A stretch of 64,000 bases of DNA, taken from positions 108,049 to 172,048 of the forward strand of contig DHTA01000005.1 of the NCBI GenBank assembly GCA_002408565.1. The letters are read 5' to 3'. This stretch comes from Patescibacteria group bacterium UBA5272. GTDB taxonomy: Bacteria; Patescibacteriota; Minisyncoccia; Phycocordibacterales; UBA5272. Below, in pieces: positions 55,170 to 64,000 of this stretch. Numbering within the stretch: position 1 is the first letter of the stretch; each line of letters starts with the position of its first letter. The translations under genes were made by a program, and so were the position numbers. The notes under the pieces were generated by a model, which made no database searches, was not told where the DNA came from, and worked only from the letters and a program-made list of their open reading frames with translations.

Positions 55170-56168
55170 TTATTTTCTAGAATCAATTACAGTTTGATAC
55201 AACTTATCTACATCCGTAAACCGATCTTCTATTGTAGAACTTAAAACTACAATCACAATTGGACGATTCACATCATAATCAAACATTATAGCTAAATTTC
55301 CTCCAGCTAAATCAGTAAAGCCTGTTTTGGAAGCTAAAAGACCGACTGACTGACTAGCATAAATATTTGTATTAGGAATTTTATACAAATTTCTATAATC
55401 AGAATAGATGTCCACTTGAGAATCTATGGTGTATGACATAATGTCTGGAATTAATTCATAACTTTTAGCAAAAAATCTTGCATATTCTGCCGCTGTTCCT
55501 ACTCCACCAAGCACTTCGCCATAGTCTAAGCCGGAAGCAGAATTGAAACGAAAATTTTTAAAACCTAAACTTTTTACATAATCATTCATTTTTGAAACAA
55601 AAGCAGAATTTGAGGTGCTCACAGTAGAAGCAATTATGTCCATAGAAGAATTAGAAGAAATAGCTAAGCCATATTTCAAAAGAGCGTCCATCTTCCAAAT
55701 TTGTCCTTCAGCCATACCTAAGTCTAACTTTTCATCTTCTCTCATTAAATCGCTTTTGATTGTAATATTGGTGTCTCTATCTTTTAAATTTACAGCTGTG
55801 GCTGCAGTGACAACTTTTGTAAGAGAAGCTAAAGGTAAAATCGTATTAGGATTTTTAGAATATAAAATCTCATCATTTCGAACATCATAGACCACATAAC
55901 TTTTTGCCACAATATTCTCAGAAAGACTTTTTGTTTCAATTTTTTGAGAGCTGTGTCTATTGTTAAGCTCATTTATATTTTGATCAAACAATTCTTTTTT
56001 TGATTTGTTAATCAAGTTTGCATATTTATTATTAATCTCTAAAGGATTTTTTCCTAAAAACTGAGGCAAAGTATCTAAAGATACCACCAATAAAATTGCA
56101 GCTATTACAGTGGTCACAGCTAATTTTTGCAGACTTTTTTGTTTTATCAAATCTCCCGTTTGCTTCAT
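55170..56168 (-). CDS. D-alanyl-D-alanine carboxypeptidase (PBP5/6-like, peptidase S11)
   Basis: SxxK (ASLTK), SxN (SSNSS) and KTG (SKTGFT) motifs with an N-terminal TM. Confidence 0.7.
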   Translation of the reverse strand: MKQTGDLIKQKSLQKLAVTTVIAAILLVVSLDTLPQFLGKNPLEINNKYANLINKSKKELFDQNINELNNRHSSQKIETKSLSENIVAKSYVVYDVRNDEILYSKNPNTILPLASLTKVVTAATAVNLKDRDTNITIKSDLMREDEKLDLGMAEGQIWKMDALLKYGLAISSNSSMDIIASTVSTSNSAFVSKMNDYVKSLGFKNFRFNSASGLDYGEVLGGVGTAAEYARFFAKSYELIPDIMSYTIDSQVDIYSDYRNLYKIPNTNIYASQSVGLLASKTGFTDLAGGNLAIMFDYDVNRPIVIVVLSSTIEDRFTDVDKLYQTVIDSRK

Positions 56169-56175
56169 AATTTTA

Positions 56176-56757
56176 TTATTTTAAATTTGAAGAAGTTTCT
56201 TCTTTTTCTGTTTCCAAAACTTCTTTTAATCTCTCTGAAAAATCAGTTTTTATCTTCTCATATTCTGGTAAGTCTTCTATTTTTGTTAAACCTAACATTT
56301 GCAAGGCTTCAGTAGAAAGAGTATATTTTTCACCTTCTCTTTTTAAAAGTCCCCGCACTGAAAGAGAGCGAATACTTTGAGAAGATTGTATTCCTCGAAT
56401 AAAAGATATTTCAGATTTTGTAGAAGATCCTAAATAGGCGCAAATTGTTAAGACCTGTAAAGAAGCTGGAGTCAATTCTCCTTCCAACTCATCAGCACGA
56501 ATCTTTTTGGCGATTTCATTTAAATCACTATTTACTGCGATAGAATATTCAGATTTATTTTCGTTTTTAGATTCATTTTTTATAATAACTAAGCCAATTT
56601 TAGAAAGAGAAATTTCTAAATCTTTTATAGCTTCTAAAATAATTTCTTCAGGCAATTCTTCATCGCCTAGAAAAGTTTTTAATTTTTGTATGTTTATGGG
56701 CTCATTATATAAAAAAAGAATCGCTGAAATCTTTTTTGTTAAATCGTAATTTGGCAT
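56176..56757 (-). CDS. scpB: Segregation and condensation protein B
   Basis: Tandem winged-helix pattern (LTPASLQVLTICAYLG...IRGIQSSQSIRSLSVRGLLK). Confidence 0.8.
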   Translation of the reverse strand: MPNYDLTKKISAILFLYNEPINIQKLKTFLGDEELPEEIILEAIKDLEISLSKIGLVIIKNESKNENKSEYSIAVNSDLNEIAKKIRADELEGELTPASLQVLTICAYLGSSTKSEISFIRGIQSSQSIRSLSVRGLLKREGEKYTLSTEALQMLGLTKIEDLPEYEKIKTDFSERLKEVLETEKEETSSNLK

Positions 56758-56774
56758 AAAAAAATTATAGCATA

Positions 56775-57512
56775 CTATATTTTACTAATGTTTATATCAT
56801 TAAATCCTTGTCCTTGTTCAGCGTGCAAGACTCCATTTTTAATAAGCTCAAGCATAGCTAAAAATGAGACTATAAAAGCAGATTTTTTTTCTTCTAAAGT
56901 CTTAGTTTCTCCAGAAAGAGAGTTGGAAAAATCTTTGAAAGATAAGCTGAAACTACTTTTCACTCTCTCTAAAAGTTTCTCTATAACATCTTCTATTTTT
57001 AAAACTTGACGAACAGCCACTTGTTTCAATCTTTCTTTTTTAGGTATTTTTAAGAGTGAAGCTATAGCTATAGAATGAAGCAAAACCGTATCAACTCTTT
57101 TATCCCAAACAAAAACATTTTCTTTATTTTCAAATTTAGAAACATTGTGTAGTCCATTTTTTCCAAAAATTTTATTAACATTTTTGCCAGCCTCTAAAAC
57201 TAGTTTATATAATTCAAGTTTTTTTTCTAAATTAGAAACAGACTCCTGCTCTTCTGAAGAATAAGAAATTGTAGGAAAAAGAGATTTGGCTTTGATTAAC
57301 ATCAAAGTAGAAGCTACAGAAATAAATTGAGAGATATCTACAATATCTTTTTGCCCTCTGTCCCCCATTTCTTTGATATAAGTAATATACTCATCAGTAA
57401 CCTGACTTAAAGAGAATTCATTAATAGAAAGTTTTCTTTGTTCAATCAGCTCTAGCAGTTTAGAATATGGCCCAGAAAATCTTTCCAGGGTTACGCTAAA
57501 TCTTTCTGTCAT
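56775..57512 (-). CDS. scpA: Segregation and condensation protein A
   Basis: ScpA family N-terminus (LLELIEQRKLSINEFSLSQVTDEY), adjacent to scpB. Confidence 0.8.
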   Translation of the reverse strand: MTERFSVTLERFSGPYSKLLELIEQRKLSINEFSLSQVTDEYITYIKEMGDRGQKDIVDISQFISVASTLMLIKAKSLFPTISYSSEEQESVSNLEKKLELYKLVLEAGKNVNKIFGKNGLHNVSKFENKENVFVWDKRVDTVLLHSIAIASLLKIPKKERLKQVAVRQVLKIEDVIEKLLERVKSSFSLSFKDFSNSLSGETKTLEEKKSAFIVSFLAMLELIKNGVLHAEQGQGFNDINISKI

Positions 57513-57536
57513 AATATTACATCAATTATATCACGC

Positions 57537-58553
57537 TTAAAAATCCAAGCCTGTTTCCTTTCTAACTTTTTTCAACATGAGACTTGCTTTTTTGTTAGCT
57601 CTTTTAGAGCCAGATTTTAAAACTGAAAGCATTTCTTTTTTTCCTTTAGGAGTATTCAAATAATAATTATATTTCTTTTTCATTTCAGAAAAATAAGAAA
57701 GAATGGTCTTTAAAAGTTCTTCTTTGGCCTCTTTATAGCCGTAAGGATTTTTATCGCTATTTAAAAATTTCTGTCTTAGCGCCTCATCTTCTTTTTTGTT
57801 TAAGAAGATCTTATGAATCTTATAAATTAAAACCTCATCTGGATTTTTCTTTTCATTTGGAGCTTTGCTGTCAGTTTTGATGTTCATAACTTTCTTTTTT
57901 ATTTCCTCATCTGAAGCAAACATTGCTATAGCATTGCCTTTACTTTTGCTCATTTTTTCTCCATCAATACCAGGAATAACTTCCAACTCTTTTACAGAAT
58001 AAGCTTTGGGAGATTTAAAAGTGTTTGTATTATAAGCTCTGTTATATTTGCCAGCAATTTCTCTAGTCATTTCCAAATGCTGTTCTTGATCTTTTCCAAC
58101 AGGAACAATATCTGCCCCATAAATCAAAATGTCTGCTGCCATTAAAACTGGATAATTTAAGAGACCAATATTCACATCTTTTTTCTCATTAGCTTTATCT
58201 CTTTCTTTGTCTTTAAATGCGTGAGCTAAAAATAGCATAGGAAGAGGTGTGACAGTATCCAATATCCAAGTCAATTCTGTAACCAAAGGCACATCGCTTT
58301 GTTTAAAAATGGCGACCTCCTTCTTATTAAAACCACAAGCTAAATACGCAGCAGCCGTTTCTAAGATTTTATTATTTCTTTCTTTTTTGTCTATCAAAGT
58401 TGTCATAGAATGATAATCTGCCAAAAAGATATAAGACTCGTAATTTCCAGAATTCACTAACTCCACCATTTGTTTGATGGCTCCAAAATAATTCCCAAGA
58501 TGAAGCTCTCCGCTAGTTTGCACTCCCGACAATAACACTTTTTGTTTTTTCAT
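57537..58553 (-). CDS. trpS: Tryptophan--tRNA ligase
   Basis: VLLSGVQTSGELHLGNYFGA (HIGH-type) and KMSKSKGN. Start trimmed to Met-30 of the track ORF (MKKQKVLLSGVQ). Confidence 0.9.
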   Translation of the reverse strand: MKKQKVLLSGVQTSGELHLGNYFGAIKQMVELVNSGNYESYIFLADYHSMTTLIDKKERNNKILETAAAYLACGFNKKEVAIFKQSDVPLVTELTWILDTVTPLPMLFLAHAFKDKERDKANEKKDVNIGLLNYPVLMAADILIYGADIVPVGKDQEQHLEMTREIAGKYNRAYNTNTFKSPKAYSVKELEVIPGIDGEKMSKSKGNAIAMFASDEEIKKKVMNIKTDSKAPNEKKNPDEVLIYKIHKIFLNKKEDEALRQKFLNSDKNPYGYKEAKEELLKTILSYFSEMKKKYNYYLNTPKGKKEMLSVLKSGSKRANKKASLMLKKVRKETGLDF

Positions 58554-58566
58554 AATTTTTACAATA

Positions 58567-60963
58567 CTAATCTTCTGTAGTAGTGGTAGCTGTTTCAGAA
58601 TCAGAAACTGTTGATACAATTTCTGCAGTTGTACTAGCATTTAATAAAGATTGGACTTTTTCTGTATTTAAGAGTGTTGCCCTTAATTCTTGAACACTTT
58701 CATCGTCAGGTAAAATTTGACTCAAAATATCAACCAATTCATAAGCTTTATCATATTCTTTCGCAATTGTATAAGTGATAGCTAAATAGTACGCGGCAGG
58801 CACGCTATTTGAATCCAAAGTCAAAGCGGAAACAAAAGCTGTGTAAGCTTGATTGAGTTCATCTTGTGTGAGCTCTCCTTTATTTAAAATTAAAATACCA
58901 TATTGCAAATAAGCTTCAACATTTTGAGAATCAGACTGAATAGCTTTAGTTGCATACTCTAAAGCTAGTTCTTGATTATTGTTTTGTGCAGCCAATTGAG
59001 AGAAAAGATTATAAGCTTCAGAATAGTTAGATTTTGTATTTAATGATTGCTGAATGGCTTCTAGAGTACTTGTGGAGTTTTGATTATATGAATATTCTAA
59101 ATTGGCTAAAGTTAAATAAAGAGAAGGATTTTTTGGATACAAGGAAATAGCTGTCGTATATAATTCTTTAGCTTTTTGATAATTTGAATCTTTATTTTGT
59201 TTATCAAGATTCATTAAATAAACGTAAACCGAGCCAGAAGAAAGATAGTTGTTAAAATCTTGTGAGTCTATTTTTATAGCTTTTTCAGCAAAACTTACAG
59301 CATTATTAATTGAAGCTATAACTTCTTCTTGTAAAAGAGCTTTATCGGTAGAAGTTGAATTTGATATTACCCCAGCCTTAAATAGATAAAACTGGGACAA
59401 CAACCTATAACCTCCATCATTTCTTTGTACAAGATTGGTGCTTTTAGTTAAATCTTTTTCCATTTGAACAATGTCTCCATTATTTCTATAATTAATTAAA
59501 GCGTTATTTGTGATATAAACAGATCTAATTCTATTAATGGATAAAATTGTACCAAATAAAAGCAATAAAAAGGCTATTAAGGTTATTAGATTATAAGGTT
59601 TTGAAACTTCATATCTTTTCCACTGATAAAATGTCCCCAAAACTAAAGCCAGAGCCAGAGCAAAAACAAAAGTAGCGATATTTATATTAGCAAAAAAGAT
59701 CATTAAGAAAACAGAAAAGATAAATAATGTAGCTGTGGCTAGAAGATAAAATAGCTCTTCTTGATTAAATTCAAGATCTTCGCCGTCTTCATTTTTAAAT
59801 TTTATTCTTTTGACTCCTTTAAAAACTTTAACTGTTGGTAAAATCAAAATTGCTAAAATAAATAATAATCCTATTACCCCAAAGGTCACAGCTAAAGTTG
59901 TTATTGCTGAAAAAGAAGAAGAAAATTCTACACTCCAATAAGAAGAATCTATAACAGATTGAGGTTTTTCTTGTTGCCAAACTTTATAAAAATTTGCTGG
60001 ACCAGATCCAAAAATCCTGCCCTTTATTAATTCAGACTTAATTAAGCCTAAACTCAAATTTATATTTGGTTTAATAAAACCATAATTAATGCCAGAAACT
60101 TGGTTTGCAAAAGTAGAATAAGCTTGATTTAATTTTGAAGTTGGACCTGAAGAAAAAATAAACATCAAAGAAAAAAGGAAAGAGATAAGAAAAACATAAA
60201 AAGTGGCTGTTTTAAAAATCTTTACTTTTTTGGATTTTTTAGTAAATAGAAGAATAAATAAAGAGGAAAAAGCTAAGGCGTACCAAATGTCAGGAATAAG
60301 AATGAAAGATATTAATACTAAATGAAGTAAAATCAGTATTAAAGAAAATATTCTTTGAGCTTTGGTTGAAGCTATTGTTTCAAAATAGATTAGAGCTAAA
60401 ATCACAATAACAGCAGAAGCGGTGGCGACAATATCCCAATTTTCAATAAAAAAGATAAGCTTACCAGCAAGATTGAACACTTCAAATTTTGCCAAAATTA
60501 AAGCTAGTATAGACGGCAAAGTGACTAGCAAGCTTCCTAAAGTCAAAACTCCCCAGGTCAACCTTTTAAAATGTTTGGTATAAGAAGCAACTATTAGGAC
60601 CAGACAAAAAAGTGCAAAATAAGTTAAACCACTTTGTAAATAAACGTATTTACCAAAAAAGGAATCAAAAAAATCAGCTGTCAAAAAACTGATAAGAAGA
60701 ATTAAAATAGGGAAAACAAATAATAAAATCTTTGCTATTTTATTTTCTGGTAACAGAATTTCTTTTTTCTTAAAAATCAAAATCGAATACAGAGCTACAG
60801 CTAAAGTTGTAATTATCAAAAGAGTGGTATTCCTTACCATTTCAGGAGAAATTAAAGAAGTTGAAGAGGAAAATTTGTAAAAAATGGAAAAAATCAAACC
60901 CAGAAAACTCAATAAAAAACTCAAAAACAATAAAACCCTATTCCACGATATTTTTTTTGTCAT
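58567..60963 (-). CDS. Polytopic membrane protein with C-terminal TPR repeats (O-antigen ligase/Wzy_C-like)
   Basis: About 12 TM helices in the first 450 aa, an extracytoplasmic loop, then multiple TPR-like repeats (AYNLFSQLAAQNNNQELALEYATKAIQSDSQNVEAYLQYGILIL...). Confidence 0.5.
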   Translation of the reverse strand: MTKKISWNRVLLFLSFLLSFLGLIFSIFYKFSSSTSLISPEMVRNTTLLIITTLAVALYSILIFKKKEILLPENKIAKILLFVFPILILLISFLTADFFDSFFGKYVYLQSGLTYFALFCLVLIVASYTKHFKRLTWGVLTLGSLLVTLPSILALILAKFEVFNLAGKLIFFIENWDIVATASAVIVILALIYFETIASTKAQRIFSLILILLHLVLISFILIPDIWYALAFSSLFILLFTKKSKKVKIFKTATFYVFLISFLFSLMFIFSSGPTSKLNQAYSTFANQVSGINYGFIKPNINLSLGLIKSELIKGRIFGSGPANFYKVWQQEKPQSVIDSSYWSVEFSSSFSAITTLAVTFGVIGLLFILAILILPTVKVFKGVKRIKFKNEDGEDLEFNQEELFYLLATATLFIFSVFLMIFFANINIATFVFALALALVLGTFYQWKRYEVSKPYNLITLIAFLLLLFGTILSINRIRSVYITNNALINYRNNGDIVQMEKDLTKSTNLVQRNDGGYRLLSQFYLFKAGVISNSTSTDKALLQEEVIASINNAVSFAEKAIKIDSQDFNNYLSSGSVYVYLMNLDKQNKDSNYQKAKELYTTAISLYPKNPSLYLTLANLEYSYNQNSTSTLEAIQQSLNTKSNYSEAYNLFSQLAAQNNNQELALEYATKAIQSDSQNVEAYLQYGILILNKGELTQDELNQAYTAFVSALTLDSNSVPAAYYLAITYTIAKEYDKAYELVDILSQILPDDESVQELRATLLNTEKVQSLLNASTTAEIVSTVSDSETATTTTED

Positions 60964-61040
60964 AATAAAATCAATAATCTATAATAAACAAGCTTTTAAT
61001 AGATTTAATTATATCACACTCTAGACACCCTATATTAGAA

Positions 61041-61973
61041 TTATATCTTTAAATATCTTCTGATTGCTAAAAGTGAAGAAAAGGTAGCTAAAAGCAAACT
61101 TATAATTAAAAGTAGTAAAAATAACACAAAGAAATTTTGTAGATAATATTGAAAAATATCTAAACCACTAAAAAAGTCTATAGTATTTTTAGCTAAATAA
61201 AAAGTAGTAGGAAAAAAGAAAATCATGGCTAACAAAGAAGAAATTACAGCATAAATACTTGACTCCACCAAAAACGGCCCTCGAATATGCATATTAGAAG
61301 CTCCTACAAGCTTCATAACAGCTATTTCTTCTTTATAAATGAAAATAGAAAGTCTTATGGTGTTAAATATAATAAGTGAACTAATAACAAGGAATAAAAG
61401 AGTTATCCAATATCCAATTGAATTAAATAAGCGAATCATGTTATTTAATCTGTCGATAGTAGGTTTTAATTCAAAATAGTTAATTTTATCTATAGCCGAA
61501 TAAGATTCACCCAAAAAATCTGACTCTGAGCTTAAGGTGTTAGAAATATAATCGTAGCTATTTGTATCTTTCGCAAAGACGGTAAGCATAGCTCCAAAAG
61601 GATTGGTGTCCAATTCCGCTAAAGCTTGAAGAGTTACAGGATCATTAGAATGTTTTTCTTGAAAATCTGTCAAAGATTGCTCTGCCGTCACTAATTCTAT
61701 GCTCTGAACCTCTGGCAAAGTTTTAATCTTGTTTTTTATATCTAAAATTTGAGAATCTTCAGCGTCGAGTTTAAAATAAATTTTTATATCAACTTTATTT
61801 CTTACTTGATTTAAGGAATAATCAAAAATTCCTCTAAAGAAAAAAAAGACTCCAATAATTATAAGCGTTGTAGTGAGTATGCCAATAGAAGAAAGAGAAA
61901 CTGTTTTGTTTCTTAAAAAACTAACAAATCCTGATTTTAAAACTCTTTTAGTTGATATAATTTTCTTTTTCAT
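61041..61973 (-). CDS. ftsX: Cell division permease FtsX-like
   Basis: Four-TM topology with a large first extracytoplasmic loop. Immediately downstream of ftsE. Confidence 0.75.
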   Translation of the reverse strand: MKKKIISTKRVLKSGFVSFLRNKTVSLSSIGILTTTLIIIGVFFFFRGIFDYSLNQVRNKVDIKIYFKLDAEDSQILDIKNKIKTLPEVQSIELVTAEQSLTDFQEKHSNDPVTLQALAELDTNPFGAMLTVFAKDTNSYDYISNTLSSESDFLGESYSAIDKINYFELKPTIDRLNNMIRLFNSIGYWITLLFLVISSLIIFNTIRLSIFIYKEEIAVMKLVGASNMHIRGPFLVESSIYAVISSLLAMIFFFPTTFYLAKNTIDFFSGLDIFQYYLQNFFVLFLLLLIISLLLATFSSLLAIRRYLKI

Positions 61974-61996
61974 ATTTTTAAAAATTAATATTAAAA

Positions 61997-62677
61997 TTAA
62001 ATTGCATATTTTCCAATTCTTTCATCTTTCAAAATTCTGCCATCTTGCATAGTCACCACCCTCTTTTTTAAGTGATCAATTACTCCTTTATTGTGGGTGG
62101 TTAAAATTACAGTTGTACCTAAGTCATTAATCTTTTTTAAAACCTGAATAATATCGTAAGTGTTTACTGGATCAAGATTTCCTGTTGGTTCATCAGCTAT
62201 CAAAATTTCTGGACGATTAACCAAAGCTCTAGCTATGACCACTCTTTGTTTTTCACCACCAGAAAGTTGATCTGGGAAATGAAAAATTTTATTACGCAAA
62301 TCTACCAAATCTAAAACATTTGGCACATCTCGAGCAATCTCTTCGTCAGTCTTTCCAGAAGCTTCCATAGCAAAAGCGATATTTTCAAAAACAGTTTTAT
62401 TTTTTAAAAGTCTGTAATCCTGAAAAACCACACCGATTTTTCTCCTAAAATCAGTTAAATCTTTTCCTTTTAATTTATTAACCTGACTGGAATGAAAAGA
62501 CACTCTACCATAAGTTGGTTTCTCTTCAGCCAAAATCATTTTTATTAGAGTAGTTTTACCTGCTCCAGAATGACCAACAATTGATACGAGTTCTCCTTTA
62601 TCAATTGTTAAATTGATATCATCCAAGGCAACGAATCCTCCAGGATATTCTTTTCTTAAATTCTCAAAATAGAGCAT
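61997..62677 (-). CDS. ftsE: Cell division ABC ATPase FtsE
   Basis: Walker A GHSGAGKTT, ABC signature LSGGEKQRV, Walker B ILIADEPTGNLD. Confidence 0.85.
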   Translation of the reverse strand: MLYFENLRKEYPGGFVALDDINLTIDKGELVSIVGHSGAGKTTLIKMILAEEKPTYGRVSFHSSQVNKLKGKDLTDFRRKIGVVFQDYRLLKNKTVFENIAFAMEASGKTDEEIARDVPNVLDLVDLRNKIFHFPDQLSGGEKQRVVIARALVNRPEILIADEPTGNLDPVNTYDIIQVLKKINDLGTTVILTTHNKGVIDHLKKRVVTMQDGRILKDERIGKYAI

Positions 62678-62761
62678 AAAAAATAGCGTTCTAGCTTAAC
62701 TTTAATATTCTAACACATTTTTCTCTTTGCAAACATATTTATTAACAACAGAAAAATTCTA

Positions 62762-63661
62762 TTAATTTAAATCCTTTTCAGCATCTATAAACTCATCCAA
62801 TTTTCCTTTTTCTAAAACCTCTTCCAAATTACTAGTCTCCACTCCTGTTCTTAAGTCTTTAATTAATTTATATGGGTGTAAAACATAATTTCTAATCTGA
62901 TTCCCCCACTCTATTTCGACAGTTTTAGAAATTTGTCTCCCTTCTAGCTCAGCTTTCTTTTTCTCTTCTTCTCTAGTAAACAATTTTGCAAAAAGCAAAC
63001 TCAAAGCTTTTTCCTTATTTTTCTCCTGACTTCTTTCAGAAGAAATGTGAGCTGAAATATTTGTGGGCCTATGCACAACCCTGACGGCAGTTTCTCTTTT
63101 ATTTACATTTTGCCCTCCAGGTCCTGAAGCTTTAGAAGTCTCAATTTCAATGTCTTCTTCATTTACACTTTCTTTAAACTTGTTAAATTCTAATTTTGGC
63201 AAAATAGGTAAAACTTCTACCATAGCAAAACTAGTGTGTCTTTTTCCATTGGCGTTAAAAGGAGAGATGCGAACAAGTCTATGCACTCCAGATTCATTTT
63301 TTAATTTGCCATAAACATTTCTTCCTTTGATTTCAAGAGAAAGATTTCTAAAACCTCCATGGTCATTTTGATTTTCGTGTAATTTTAAATAATTCCAACC
63401 ATTATTTTCAAAATATTTTGAATACATATGAAATAACATTCTTGCCCAATCTTCACTATCGTCTCCACCAGCTCCAGCTAAAATATTCATGGTGGCACCA
63501 CCAACATCAAGAGTGTCACCCCCTTCTAATTCAAGTTTTAGGCTCTTTATTTTTTGTATAATTTCTTGAGCTTGAATTTTATCATTCCAAAAATCTACAC
63601 TATTCATCTGTATTTCTAATTCCTCTATTTCTTTTTGAATATTTTCTTTATCGAGATCCAT
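62762..63661 (-). CDS. prfB: Peptide chain release factor 2, N-terminally short, no programmed frameshift
   Basis: SPF tripeptide (VRISPFNANGKRHTSF), GGQ motif (SGPGGQNVNK) and an RF-2 core. Only about 60 residues precede the conserved AGAGGxxxxDW region, against about 125 in E. coli. Confidence 0.85.
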   Translation of the reverse strand: MDLDKENIQKEIEELEIQMNSVDFWNDKIQAQEIIQKIKSLKLELEGGDTLDVGGATMNILAGAGGDDSEDWARMLFHMYSKYFENNGWNYLKLHENQNDHGGFRNLSLEIKGRNVYGKLKNESGVHRLVRISPFNANGKRHTSFAMVEVLPILPKLEFNKFKESVNEEDIEIETSKASGPGGQNVNKRETAVRVVHRPTNISAHISSERSQEKNKEKALSLLFAKLFTREEEKKKAELEGRQISKTVEIEWGNQIRNYVLHPYKLIKDLRTGVETSNLEEVLEKGKLDEFIDAEKDLN

Positions 63662-63703
63662 ATTTAATAAGAGTATATTAGAAAATCTCTACATTTTTAA
63701 GAC

Positions 63704-63733
63704 TTGACATATAGTATAGATATATCGTATTAT
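63704..63733 (+). promoter_or_regulatory. Putative sigma-70 promoter (TTGACA, 18 nt, TATTAT) for the downstream small ORF
   Basis: TTGACA at 63704-63709 and TATTAT at 63728-63733, in the divergent region shared with prfB. Confidence 0.35.
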
Positions 63734-63796
63734 TAAAATTAGAAGTTCTTGCAAATAACAAACAATTTTAAATACAAACACTTAAAATCGAAAAAG

Positions 63797-64000
63797 ATGG
63801 AAACAATGACACCCGAGTATGCTGCCATAATCTTTATGGTTATACTTATCTTAGGTTTTTTTACTTTTACCGCTTACTCAAAAAATAAGCTCCCTTTACC
63901 AAAAAGAACGGTAAAGAGAAGAAAAGAAAAACTGCAGAGATTAGAGACCTTATTCCTGGGAAAGAAGCTATTTTTAGATCTCACAACTGAAGATCTAAAA
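63797..64000 (+). CDS. Hypothetical small membrane protein, 3'-truncated by the window end
   Basis: Hand-translated METMTPEYAAIIFMVILILGFFTFTAYSKNKLPLPKRTVKRRKEKLQ... with a TM helix then a basic stretch. No stop before the window end. Confidence 0.35.
   Translation, partial: METMTPEYAAIIFMVILILGFFTFTAYSKNKLPLPKRTVKRRKEKLQRLETLFLGKKLFLDLTTEDLK

Noticed and set aside
63662-63760. Programmed +1 frameshift site upstream of prfB
   Set aside because: No CTT-TGA-C-like motif (GTCAAAG on the plus strand) and no upstream ORF1. An in-frame stop 10 codons upstream prevents extension.
1-64000. CRISPR arrays, IS elements/transposases, integrases, rRNA genes
   Set aside because: No periodic direct repeats, no terminal inverted repeats with transposase-like ORFs, no integrase signatures next to the tRNAs, and no rRNA-like conserved blocks were seen.

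Overview
This 64-kb window is AT-rich (roughly 30% GC) and densely coding. It looks like a small-genome, Patescibacteria/CPR-like bacterium read with the standard genetic code (TAA/TAG stops; long ORFs are intact). That assignment is inference from composition, gene content and protein lengths.

Most of the window is housekeeping:
- A cell-surface glycan locus at the 5' end (1-4511): a 5'-truncated GT2, a GT2, a GT32-like DXD transferase, a WbaP-like priming sugar transferase and a GT4.
- tRNA-Trp(CCA) at 4746-4818, followed by a C39-like peptidase and thioredoxin-like gene pair.
- A truncated alaS (616 aa).
- A conserved infA-rpmJ-rpsM-rpsK-rpsD-rpoA-rplQ cluster followed by rplM-rpsI.
- A grpE-dnaK-dnaJ operon.
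- Two tRNA-Gln genes (CUG on +, UUG on -).
- rplU, recR, dnaB, cysS, ctp, rplI, rpmA.
- sufB/sufD, serS, dus, a short dnaX, gltX.
- A mini division/cell-wall cluster (murG-ftsW-mraY-dacA-like), scpAB, trpS, ftsEX and prfB.

Accessory and unusual content, ranked in the findings:
- A compact Type II restriction-modification module (DPPY beta-class amino-MTase plus a 174-aa PD-x13-ExK endonuclease), flanked by small Cys-rich/Ada-like proteins and a 30-aa Cys-rich peptide gene.
- Immediately downstream, an AddA-like UvrD-helicase/RecB-nuclease fusion, a stand-alone 292-aa Cas4/AddB-like Fe-S nuclease and a convergent Pif1/RecD-like helicase.
- A 435-aa acidic protein whose C-terminus carries a caspase-fold-like His...Cys signature.
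- A secreted thermonuclease mini-island.
- A 750-bp ORF-poor, hairpin-dense region (49510-50260) with two overlapping tiny hydrophobic ORFs.
- An RF2 gene lacking both the N-terminal domain and the programmed frameshift.
- A recurrent extended -10 motif (TTTATGATATAAT) that gives near-leaderless starts.

No rRNA, CRISPR array, transposase or T-box leader was seen.
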